A stretch of DNA of 64,000 bases from an uncultured bacterium (GTDB lineage Bacteria; Armatimonadota; Hebobacteria; Hebobacterales; Hebobacteraceae). The stretch spans positions 23,408-87,407 of the forward strand of contig CAZLHI010000004.1 in assembly GCA_964559435.1 (NCBI GenBank), read 5' to 3'. Positions 19,134 through 27,449 of the stretch are shown here, piece by piece. Made by a program: the position numbers and the translations under genes. Position 1 is the stretch's first letter. The number at the start of each line of letters is the position of its first letter. The notes under the pieces were generated by a model, which saw nothing but the letters and a program-made list of their open reading frames with translations, did not search any database and was not told where the DNA came from.

Positions 19134-20690
19134 TCACGTCTCCGGCGTGCTCTCCCTCAAGAGAAGATCGCGGTAGGTGGTCAGGCGCACTCCGCTGTCG
19201 GTGACTGCTGCTGCCACCTGAGCACTGGTCAGTGCCCCGAGCTCCTGCTCCCATCGGTAGTTCCAGCCAAGCTCCCGGTCGACGCTGTCGTCCGCTCCCG
19301 GGTGGCAGCCGACTTCAGTGAGACCTGTCCCGAGGCCGTGGATTGTGCGCCCAAGAGAGTCGGCCTTCCACCGACCGGCCTCGGCGAAGCCGCGGAAGTC
19401 GTCTGCCGTCAGGAAGCCGTTCCCGCGGAGGGAACGCGCGCCTAGGCAACAGAGGGCCCGTAAGGCGACGAGTTCAGTCCTCCGCCTTGTGCTGTGCAGC
19501 AGGCCGCCTCCGGTGCTACAGGAACGCACCTGCCTGGGACAGCGCACCGCTCCTATCCTGTATTCGGAGGCGAGCCCGACCACGACCGGCAGCACCTTTG
19601 GCAGCATGTGCAGGTGCTGATGGCTATCCATGTGGGAGAAGGGCAGGCCGGTTGAGAGGGCCCGCTCGATCTGCGCGCGCAGCTCGGCCTCGATCTCACC
19701 CGTGCGAGTTCTAGGGTAACGCCTCAGGAAGTGCTGCCAGCTCGCGGCGAACCATCCCGCCTGGTCGACGAGACTCGGTATGCGCCTGGACGCCGTCAGC
19801 GCTCGTCGTTCCGTCAACGCCAGGTGGATCCCGAGGTCGAGCGCGGGGCGCTCGCGGGCCAGGGCAACCGCGTGCTCGAAGCTGTCCCCCGTGGGCATCA
19901 GGCTCGCGCTCGTCACGATGCCGCGGTCGAAAGCTTCGGCCACGCCCACATCGATCTCCTTCCTCAGGCCGAAATCGTCTGCGTTCACGATCAGGTGCAC
20001 TGGTCCCGCGCGGCGTCGCCAGTAGCGCCACATCTCTCGGAAGATATGCATCACGACGCGCGTGCTGGCGGCCGTGGAGAGGCCGGCCACCCGCGGATGG
20101 TAGTGGATGCCGACCTCCCGGACGCGAGCGCCAAGCCGCGCCGCCTCGAGCAGCAGCTCTGCGTCGATGAACGAACCCTCGCTCCTCAGCCGCATCTGTT
20201 GGAGCAGCTCGCGGCGCATCAGCTTGAAGGCGAAGTTCACGTCCCGGACCCGCAGCGCGAAGGAGACACGAATCAGCCGGTTGTAGGTCCACGACATGAT
20301 CTCCCTGCGAGGCCCTTCGGCCCGGCCGACGCGGTAGCCGATCAGCAGGTCGACGTCGCCGGTGAACTCGGCGATCGCGGCCCGGGCCTCCTCCACGCTC
20401 ACAGGGAAATCGGAGTCCATGTAGAGAACTAAGTCCTTCGTCGCGCCGGCGAGGCCGCCGCGGATGGCGGCGCCGAGGCCGCGGTTGCGTGAGTGATGAA
20501 CCGCGACGATATTCGAATGCTGTGCCGCCAGTTCGTCTATGAACGCGCCACTGCCATCAGTGCTGCCGTCGTCGACCAGCACCACTTCGAAGTCCGAGAC
20601 AAGGCCCTCGGCAATCTGACTCGTCTCGGGTAGAAGCCGCGGCAGATTGTCGATCTCGTTGTATACTGGATAGACGAACGAGAGATTCAT
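19134..20690 (-). CDS. Bifunctional fusion: N-terminal GT2 polyprenyl-phosphate sugar transferase (DPM1/ArnC/GtrB-like) plus C-terminal YdjC/ChbG-family carbohydrate deacetylase.
   Basis: N-terminal GT2 signature MNLSFVYPVYNE...VVLVDDGSTDGS...YMDSDF. The C-terminal half carries the YdjC motifs LIVNADDFGL...SHMDSHQHLHMLP. The start was chosen at the second ATG (MNLSF...). Confidence 0.8.
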   Translation of the reverse strand: MNLSFVYPVYNEIDNLPRLLPETSQIAEGLVSDFEVVLVDDGSTDGSGAFIDELAAQHSNIVAVHHSRNRGLGAAIRGGLAGATKDLVLYMDSDFPVSVEEARAAIAEFTGDVDLLIGYRVGRAEGPRREIMSWTYNRLIRVSFALRVRDVNFAFKLMRRELLQQMRLRSEGSFIDAELLLEAARLGARVREVGIHYHPRVAGLSTAASTRVVMHIFREMWRYWRRRAGPVHLIVNADDFGLRKEIDVGVAEAFDRGIVTSASLMPTGDSFEHAVALARERPALDLGIHLALTERRALTASRRIPSLVDQAGWFAASWQHFLRRYPRTRTGEIEAELRAQIERALSTGLPFSHMDSHQHLHMLPKVLPVVVGLASEYRIGAVRCPRQVRSCSTGGGLLHSTRRRTELVALRALCCLGARSLRGNGFLTADDFRGFAEAGRWKADSLGRTIHGLGTGLTEVGCHPGADDSVDRELGWNYRWEQELGALTSAQVAAAVTDSGVRLTTYRDLLLRESTPET

Positions 20691-22410
20691 GCCGCCTGCC
20701 ATGAGCTCAAGACTGCTCCAGCCCGCCGCCCGCCGCGACCGAGATTGGCGTCGTCTTTGCTACCCACTGCTTCTGCTCGCGCTGTGTGCTGTGCTGTTCT
20801 TCTGGCGACTTGGCGTCACTCCGCTCGATGACTTCGACGAGGCCTACTACGCTGAGGCCGCCCGGGAGATGCTCGAGCGCGGCAACCTCGGCACGCCCTA
20901 CTACAACGGGAAACCGTTCCTGCTGAAGCCCATTCTGATCTACTGGCTGATCGCCGGCGCCTTTCGCCTTTTCGGCATCACCGAGTTCGCCGCTCGGTCG
21001 GTGTCAGCCTTTTTCGCCATTGTTATCGTCCTGACCACCTACTGGTTCGCCGCCCGCACACTGAGCATGACCGCCGGCCTGCTGGCAGGGCTCATGCTCG
21101 CCCTCTGCTACTTCTGGATTGACACCGGCCGAGAGGCGATGATAGACATGCCCCTGACCGCCGCGCTCGCCCCGGCCGTCTTCTTCTTCTTCCTCGCCAC
21201 GCGTGCCCCCCCAGATCGCAAGCCCGTTCTCTACCTGGCGGCCTACCCGCTCCTGGGAGTTTCTCTGCTGGCCAAAGGTCCCGTCGCCACGGGTGTGGTG
21301 CTTGTGGGACTCATGGCGTACTTGGCTGGCGCGAGGCGATTGCGAGCGACCCTTGCAGAGGCCCGACTCATCCCAGGGATCGCTCTCATGCTCGCGGTCG
21401 CAGCGCCCTGGTACCTCTACGAGTCCCTCCAACAGCCGGAGTTCATTCGAACATTCCTGATCGGGGAGCACTTCGGCCACTTGCACGGGGAGCTGGCGCG
21501 CGATGAACCCTGGTGGGGACACCTGAAGAACCTCCTGATCGGCTTCTACCCCTGGGCGGCGTTCGTGCCCGCCGCCTTCGCACACGCGTTCCGGCAAGAA
21601 AGAGAGAGCGTTCTCCGATTTGCCGCCTGGTGGGCGCTCGTCGTCATCGTTGCCTTCTCCTTCGCAGGAGCCAAGCTGCCGCATTATCTCGTCCCCGCTT
21701 TTCCGGCCCTGGCAATTCTCACCTCGGGTTGGTTTGAGGCATGGGTGCTGGGGCGGGCCCCCAGCAGGGCCTTGACAGGACTCGGCGTGACTCTGCTCGC
21801 GCTCATAGGCGCCACTCTCCTCGCTGCGACCGTGATTGCAATCCTCATGCCGTTGCCTCTGCGCGCCCGGCTGGCGGCCAGCTGGGGTTCTTGGACGCCC
21901 GGCGCTGCGCCGGTCGTCATGTTGGCGGCCCTTGCCATCGGGTCAACCGGGGCCGCCGCGGCCGCAGTAGCCGGCCGCCGACGCGCGGTCTTCCCCCTCC
22001 TCGCCGCAGCCGTCGCGCTAGCCGCGGTGGCACACATCGGCTGGTTCAAGCCGCGGCTGGCGCAGATTCAGGCGCAGCCGCGCAAGGAGCTGGCCCAGTT
22101 CGCAGCCACAGCCCTCCCCGAGGAGGAGCCGCTCGGCGTCTACTACGCGAAGCGCAACGCCACCATCTTCTATGCGCGCCGGCCCATCGTGGATCTTGGC
22201 CAATGGGAAGTGGCAGAGCTGACCTGCTTCCTCTCCTCGCCAGCTCCAGCCACGGCTCTGACGCACGCCAAGTTCATCTCCGCCCTGATCCAGGAGGTTC
22301 CCGAACTGCACGTGTGGAGGCGGCGCGGTGACTTCGTCCTGGTCTCCAACCATCCGATTCCCTCCGTTGGGAGCCGTGCGCCCGAGGCCGACTCCCGACG
22401 GCAGCCATGA
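20689..22410 (+). CDS. GT-C fold glycosyltransferase of the ArnT/PMT (GT83/GT39) family, using a polyprenyl-phosphate-sugar donor.
   Basis: 573 aa with about 12 TM. The N-terminal ArnT/PMT block is FDEAYYAEAAREMLERGNLGTPYYNGKPFLLKPILIYWLIAGAFRLFG. The start codon overlaps the divergent GT2-YdjC start within CATG; 20701 is an alternative start. Confidence 0.8.
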   Translation: MPPAMSSRLLQPAARRDRDWRRLCYPLLLLALCAVLFFWRLGVTPLDDFDEAYYAEAAREMLERGNLGTPYYNGKPFLLKPILIYWLIAGAFRLFGITEFAARSVSAFFAIVIVLTTYWFAARTLSMTAGLLAGLMLALCYFWIDTGREAMIDMPLTAALAPAVFFFFLATRAPPDRKPVLYLAAYPLLGVSLLAKGPVATGVVLVGLMAYLAGARRLRATLAEARLIPGIALMLAVAAPWYLYESLQQPEFIRTFLIGEHFGHLHGELARDEPWWGHLKNLLIGFYPWAAFVPAAFAHAFRQERESVLRFAAWWALVVIVAFSFAGAKLPHYLVPAFPALAILTSGWFEAWVLGRAPSRALTGLGVTLLALIGATLLAATVIAILMPLPLRARLAASWGSWTPGAAPVVMLAALAIGSTGAAAAAVAGRRRAVFPLLAAAVALAAVAHIGWFKPRLAQIQAQPRKELAQFAATALPEEEPLGVYYAKRNATIFYARRPIVDLGQWEVAELTCFLSSPAPATALTHAKFISALIQEVPELHVWRRRGDFVLVSNHPIPSVGSRAPEADSRRQP

Positions 22411-22689
22411 CTCGCCTCGAAAGTCGGTGCCCCAGAGGCATGACTGCACGTGGCCCCGCCCCTCCAGCTCACGTACGGCGAGTGCCCCGGGGGAGGCGGC
22501 GCCTCCCCCCAACGCGGGCGGAGCGCCCAAACGGACGCTCCGCCTTAGCACTCCATAGAAAGCCTATCTTGCTAGCGCAAGATCTTAGCCAGTCTTAGCC
22601 GCCAGGCCTACAAGCGCCTTGGCGGGCGCTCCGCCCTTCGAGTCCGCAGAAGGAAAGCGTATCCTGCCAGTGCAGGATCGGAGCCAGTA

Positions 22690-23727
22690 CTAGTAGATCA
22701 GCCAGTTGTTCTCCGCGAGGTAGCCCTCGCTCCAGTCATCGTCCGTCGTCGGTCCCCACGGACCCACGCCCGAGAGATCTTCCTCTTTTATCTTGTTGAG
22801 AACAGTCTGGGAGTTGAACCACTGCGCGTGACCGTCGAGGAAGCCGATGTTTATGCCGCCCAAGTGACGCGCGTACGGCTTCCGTAACTCGGGGTTGGCG
22901 AGGAACGAGCCGTTGTTCGGGGCGCCGTTGTAGAGCCCGCAGTCCACGGCCCAGGTGCAGAGATCCCAGTCATACCAGCCGCAGCACGGGTTGCTGCACT
23001 CCAGGTTGCAGAGGTCCGGGTAGGCCAGGGTTCCCGCACCGAAGTCGTCAACGATGACGCCCGCGTCGCCGCAGACGACAGCGTTGACCGGGTCCGGCAC
23101 CGAGACCAGCTTCAGGCCTGATGCATAGACCGTCCCGATGCTCTGCACGAACGCCTTGTGGGCACCTACGGCGGTCCGCCCCTGCAGGATGGAGTCGGTG
23201 ACCTCACCGCCCCAGCCGCTCGGCCAGATTACACCGCACGGCTTCAGGTCGTAGTCGCCCGTTCCCCAGTCTCCCTCGTTGGCCACCATAAAGCCAAACC
23301 AGTCCGGGATCGGGATGACCCCACCCGCGCCGCCTTCGACCTTGGCGCTCGGGCACCGCCACACGTCGCGGTTCTTGACGTACTCGTCGAGAATCACCGG
23401 TATCCGCAGATACGGGTTCGACTGCCGGGCACGGTGGCAATCTCCGTCTTCGTCCACGTCCCAGCCATCCTCCCTGCCACCTGGTGCCAGGTTGAAGTAG
23501 TCCAGCACTTCCCGCCGGTGCTCTTCGGGCGGAAGTGTGTCGTTGTTGTCCGCCAGATACATCTGAAACGCCAGGGCGATGTTCTTGACATTGGAGAGAC
23601 ACACGGCCTTTCGGGCAGACTCGCGTGCCCTTGCGAAGACCGGGAAGACCATCGCGGCAAGAATCCCGATGATCGCGATCACCACCAACAGCTCAATGAG
23701 CGTGAATCCCTTGCGTCCTCGTAGCAT
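22690..23727 (-). CDS. Prepilin-type N-terminal domain / DUF1559 / H-X9-DG family protein. Paralog 2.
   Basis: N-terminus MLRGRKGFTLIELLVVIAIIGILAAMVFPVFARARESARKAVCLSNVKNIALA. C-terminal motif HLGGINIGFLDGH. Strong RBS GGAGGAGGTG upstream of the ATG at 23727. Confidence 0.85.
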   Translation of the reverse strand: MLRGRKGFTLIELLVVIAIIGILAAMVFPVFARARESARKAVCLSNVKNIALAFQMYLADNNDTLPPEEHRREVLDYFNLAPGGREDGWDVDEDGDCHRARQSNPYLRIPVILDEYVKNRDVWRCPSAKVEGGAGGVIPIPDWFGFMVANEGDWGTGDYDLKPCGVIWPSGWGGEVTDSILQGRTAVGAHKAFVQSIGTVYASGLKLVSVPDPVNAVVCGDAGVIVDDFGAGTLAYPDLCNLECSNPCCGWYDWDLCTWAVDCGLYNGAPNNGSFLANPELRKPYARHLGGINIGFLDGHAQWFNSQTVLNKIKEEDLSGVGPWGPTTDDDWSEGYLAENNWLIY

Positions 23728-24472
23728 GCTAGGTCCTTCACCTCCTCCAGATTGTCACGACCCGAGTAACCCGTTCGGCTGAGTTACCGTTCCGCCAATG
23801 TTATGTCCGCCACCTCCTTTCCGTTTCTCAGCCGGCGCGTTCTTGCGGCACTCCGACAGACTTTGCCGCTATGTGACCCGCGCGTTGTGCGCGTTACCCG
23901 GCATATTCAGTGTACCCAGCCAGGGACTAGAGGCACACCTGTATCACAGACAAGGCGCTCGCCAAGGCTGCGAGCGCCCCATGGATCACGTTCTCTTCGT
24001 TGCCCAGCCGCACGCGCCGCTCCGCCGGGCTCCAGCAGACGCCGCATCGGAGCGAAATCGGAGGGGCCAACACACCGGGCCCGTCGGACGGGCCCTCTGC
24101 CGGCCCAACGCGGGAGACACCAGGACGAACGTATGAATACATGCTTTCTCGCCGGACAGAACTAGACCCTCACACAGCGTCCGGAGAACCGTTCGAATGG
24201 TAACATTTCGCCGCTCATCCGTCAAGAAGCTTTTTTGCCGCGACAACGCCCCAGAGCGCTCGGCGCCGGTCACCGGTGTCAGGGACGAGCGGACCGTCCC
24301 CCATCACGTCAAGCGGTTCCACGGCGACAGCGTGTTGGTGGGAGGCTGCTCTCCCAGCGAAAGGCGGCCGGAGTCGCCCCCCAGAAGGGATGTGCCGGCA
24401 AGGCCGTTGCGGGGTGCCCAACCAAGCGGTTTGCCAGTCAAAGCGGGGTGCGGCGACAATCAAGTCACGGCA

Positions 24473-25096
24473 TCAGTCGGGAGCCCCGGCTTCCAGGGCA
24501 ACGATGCGGCGCGCCACCTCGACGAGCTTGGTGTTCGACCGGCTGCTGGTGCGCTGAAGCCAGCGATAGGCTTCCTGCTCTCCGACGTTCATGTCCCGCA
24601 TGATGATGCCTTTGGCGCGCTCGACCAGCTTGCGGGCGTCCAGAGAGTCCTTCAGGTCGCCGACCTCGCCGCGGAGGGACTGCAGATCCCTGAAGCGGGC
24701 CTGTGCCGTGGCGATGGCGGCTGCCAACCGTTCCCGGGTGATGGGCTTCACGAGGTAGCTGAAAACACCAGCCTCTGCCGCGTCCTCGATAAGTGACTGA
24801 TCTGTGTGGCCGGTGATGATAACGATGGGCACGGAATGCTCACCCAGGATGGACCTGGCCGCTTCGAGACCGTTCAGTTCCGGCATACGGATGTCGAGCA
24901 GGACGAGGTCAGGGCCGGTCTGCGCCGCCATGTCCACCGCCTCTCGGCCATCTCGGGCCTGTGCCACAACCTGGTGGCCGAGGGATTCGGACATGCGGAC
25001 GATTGCCGTCAGGACGGCTTCCTCGTCGTCAGCCACGAGAAGTCTCAGAGTTCCCACGTCGCCCCCTGCGCCACCCGCCCTATTGCCCCCGCTCAC
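24473..25096 (-). CDS. Response regulator with a REC domain and an ANTAR RNA-binding antitermination output domain (AmiR/NasT-like).
   Basis: REC block LLVADDEE...DLVLLDIRMPELNGLEA. ANTAR block ERAKGIIMRDMNVGEQEAYRWLQRTSSRSNTKLVEVARRIV. The true start may be the internal GTG at about 25060 (MGTLRLLVADDE). Confidence 0.85.
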   Translation of the reverse strand: MSGGNRAGGAGGDVGTLRLLVADDEEAVLTAIVRMSESLGHQVVAQARDGREAVDMAAQTGPDLVLLDIRMPELNGLEAARSILGEHSVPIVIITGHTDQSLIEDAAEAGVFSYLVKPITRERLAAAIATAQARFRDLQSLRGEVGDLKDSLDARKLVERAKGIIMRDMNVGEQEAYRWLQRTSSRSNTKLVEVARRIVALEAGAPD

Positions 25097-25403
25097 TTAT
25101 TCCACAAGAAGGACCCTTCTATGTGGCCAGGCATGCTAGCGCACAATTGAGCCTGCGGGGGTGGGCCAGCAGGCCGCGGGAGCACGGGGCCCCGGGAGCA
25201 CGACACAGGACATGTGCCAGGGACTGAGCGTTGGAGGCGCCAAACCATCTCACTCGCTTGCTTGAACTGTGGAATGTCCCCAGTGGGGAGGAGGCAGACC
25301 AGGCGCCCGACTGCGTCCTCGTACCGGTCGGTCCTGAGTTCCACCCACCCCTTCGGCGTGTCAGGGTCCTTCGTCTGCCCGCTCGACGGAGGCTTCTTGG
25401 CAA

Positions 25404-26405
25404 ATGGGAACAGCAGCGAAGCCGCCAGACCGTGCAGAACTGACAAGCACAACAAACAGCCTGGACTCACTCAACAATATCGAGAGGGCACATCAGCGTC
25501 TATGGACTCTGGCATTCATCCTCTTCGTGCTCGTGAGCCTGAGCCTGCTGATGCTCGACGCGAGCTCTGGCGCTGCCGAACGTATTTTCGCCGGCGTGAA
25601 GACCACGGCCCGAGTTCTTCTCGACCAGTACGGCACGGCCGTGGCGCTGTCTGTCATCATCCTCCTCATCTGCGCCTATTTCTATGAGAAGTTGGGCATC
25701 GTCCGGGAGCAGAGCCGACAGCTCGTCGGGGCGCTGGAGGCCAACGCGCGGCTCCTCGGCCTGCGCAACCATCAGCTTGACACATGGGACCAGCTCAGTC
25801 ACCAACTGATCACCAACTTCAATCTGCCGCGCCTTCTCGAGCTCATTGCCAGGACGGCAGCAGAGGTCACAGAGTCGGACTGCAGCGCCGTCATGGTGGC
25901 CGAGAACGACAGCCCTCATCTGAGATTGGCGGCCATCTACGAGCGCGGGATGCAGACGGAACTGGCGCGGCGTGTCGCCTGCAAGCTCATAGAGACAGGC
26001 AAGCCGGTGGACCTCCGGCCCGGATCGGCCCCGGAAGATCTGGATAGGCCGGACTTGGAGTGGCAGCATCTCGTTGGTATCGCAGCAACACCTCTCCTCG
26101 CGCCCGACGCCATCAAGGGAGCGCTCCTTGTGGGCCGGCTGAAGCCGGAGGAGCCTTTCCCGAGCAATGTCGCCGGCGTTCTGCAATCGTTCGGAAGCCA
26201 GGCTTCCATCGCCCTGGAGAAGGCGCAGCTCTACGCGGAGAGCCAAAAGCAGCTTCAGAGACTCGCCAAGCTGCTCGGGGAGTTGCGCTCCGCGCATGAG
26301 CGGCTCCACGCGCCAGCTGCAGCCGCCGAGCGCGCCGATGCAGCGGGGCAACAGGCGGATCTCCATAGAGAGCGGTCACAGGAGAGCACCACCGAGCCGG
26401 TTTAG
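25404..26405 (+). CDS. Membrane-anchored GAF-domain protein with a C-terminal coiled coil and no kinase domain.
   Basis: One N-terminal TM segment. GAF-like block LPRLLELIARTAAEVTESDCSAVMVAEND...LAAIYERG, followed by a helical Q/A/R-rich tail. Confidence 0.6.
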   Translation: MGTAAKPPDRAELTSTTNSLDSLNNIERAHQRLWTLAFILFVLVSLSLLMLDASSGAAERIFAGVKTTARVLLDQYGTAVALSVIILLICAYFYEKLGIVREQSRQLVGALEANARLLGLRNHQLDTWDQLSHQLITNFNLPRLLELIARTAAEVTESDCSAVMVAENDSPHLRLAAIYERGMQTELARRVACKLIETGKPVDLRPGSAPEDLDRPDLEWQHLVGIAATPLLAPDAIKGALLVGRLKPEEPFPSNVAGVLQSFGSQASIALEKAQLYAESQKQLQRLAKLLGELRSAHERLHAPAAAAERADAAGQQADLHRERSQESTTEPV

Positions 26406-26638
26406 ATCGCCAATGCTGAGCCTCCGGAGGTGGGTCGCAGCCAGAACAAACGTCATCTCAGCCGGCGCCGACGAGAGGCGTCCGGCCAACGAAGTGTGTC
26501 AGGAAGGGCCTCTTCGAGGAGGCCCTTTTCTTCTTGCGGCCCGGCGGCCAGGCGCTCGCCGCCCTCACGAGCGCCCCCACCGGGCCGCTTTGGCCCGCTC
26601 GCGCCTGCTGGAGGGGCCTCTTCCGAACGATATGAGGC

Positions 26639-27427
26639 CTACGTCGAGAGTATGCGCCGCAGGAACTGCGCACTACGCTGAAGCAGAGGAGCAGGATCCC
26701 CGCCCCCTTCTCGTTCGACAGAGTACACGCCCGAGTACCCCGACTCGCGAAGGGTTGCGACGATCTGCGTCATCGGAAGCCGTCCTTCCCCGAGCGCGCA
26801 AGCGCCACCCTCGTCCAGGTCCTTCAGGTGGGTGTGAACAGTGACTTCCCTGAGCGCTTGCACAGCCGCGAGCGGATCAGACCCGTCGCGCTGATAGCCC
26901 GCGGTATCGGGACAGGCGCCGATGAAACCACGGTGCCTCTCTGCGAGCCCCAGGATGTCTTCAGGGTCGGCGATGGAGTACTCGCGGCCGTGGTTTTCCA
27001 GGCCGTATCGCATGCCATATCGCTGACAGGCTTCCGCGATCTGCCCGGCGAGCGCGTCCGCTTCAGTGTTGCTCAGGTAGCCCGTGCACATGGGCGCGCC
27101 GAGCGTGTTTGCGCAGCCGAAAAGCCCTTCGATATCACTGTCGCTCCCGATCCCACCAACGCAGTAGGCGGCGATTTGGAGATCGTGACGAGACAGGCTG
27201 TCTCGGACCAACGACAGCTGCTCGTCGTCCCACTTCTCGAATCCAGTCGTCCCTCGCCAGAGCTCCACGTAGTCGAAGCCAAGCGATTTCACGGTCGCCA
27301 GCAGCTCGTCGAGGTCTCGGGGAGTCCAGCTCTGCTCGAACCTGCCCTGGGCAACGGCCCAGGGCGTGGTCGCATCGTAGCCGCTGAGTCTGTACACCCA
27401 CGACGCTGTGATCACACCTATCTTCAT
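26639..27427 (-). CDS. Sugar phosphate isomerase/epimerase (xylose-isomerase-like TIM barrel).
   Basis: The start was chosen at MKIGVITASWVYRL (ATG 27427, RBS AAGGGGAA); the track ORF is over-extended to 27772. TIM-barrel signature blocks are GFDYVEL, ...LENHG.EY, ...HLKD. Confidence 0.75.
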   Translation of the reverse strand: MKIGVITASWVYRLSGYDATTPWAVAQGRFEQSWTPRDLDELLATVKSLGFDYVELWRGTTGFEKWDDEQLSLVRDSLSRHDLQIAAYCVGGIGSDSDIEGLFGCANTLGAPMCTGYLSNTEADALAGQIAEACQRYGMRYGLENHGREYSIADPEDILGLAERHRGFIGACPDTAGYQRDGSDPLAAVQALREVTVHTHLKDLDEGGACALGEGRLPMTQIVATLRESGYSGVYSVEREGGGDPAPLLQRSAQFLRRILST

Positions 27428-27449
27428 GCTTGTTCCCCTTGAGAGTCGC

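Noticed and set aside
24189-24200. tRNA T-loop-like GTTCGAATGG
   Set aside because: The flanking sequence cannot form T-stem or acceptor pairing. No tRNA cloverleaf could be built here or elsewhere in the window by eye.
24197-24796. 199-aa plus-strand ORF overlapping the ANTAR regulator
   Set aside because: Antisense to a convincing REC-ANTAR frame.
25111-25125. catgctagcgcac, partially matching the DUF1559 3' hairpin core (tgctagcgca)
   Set aside because: Only the GCTAGC-centred 10-mer matches. The flanks do not form the 7-bp stem, so the match is likely chance.
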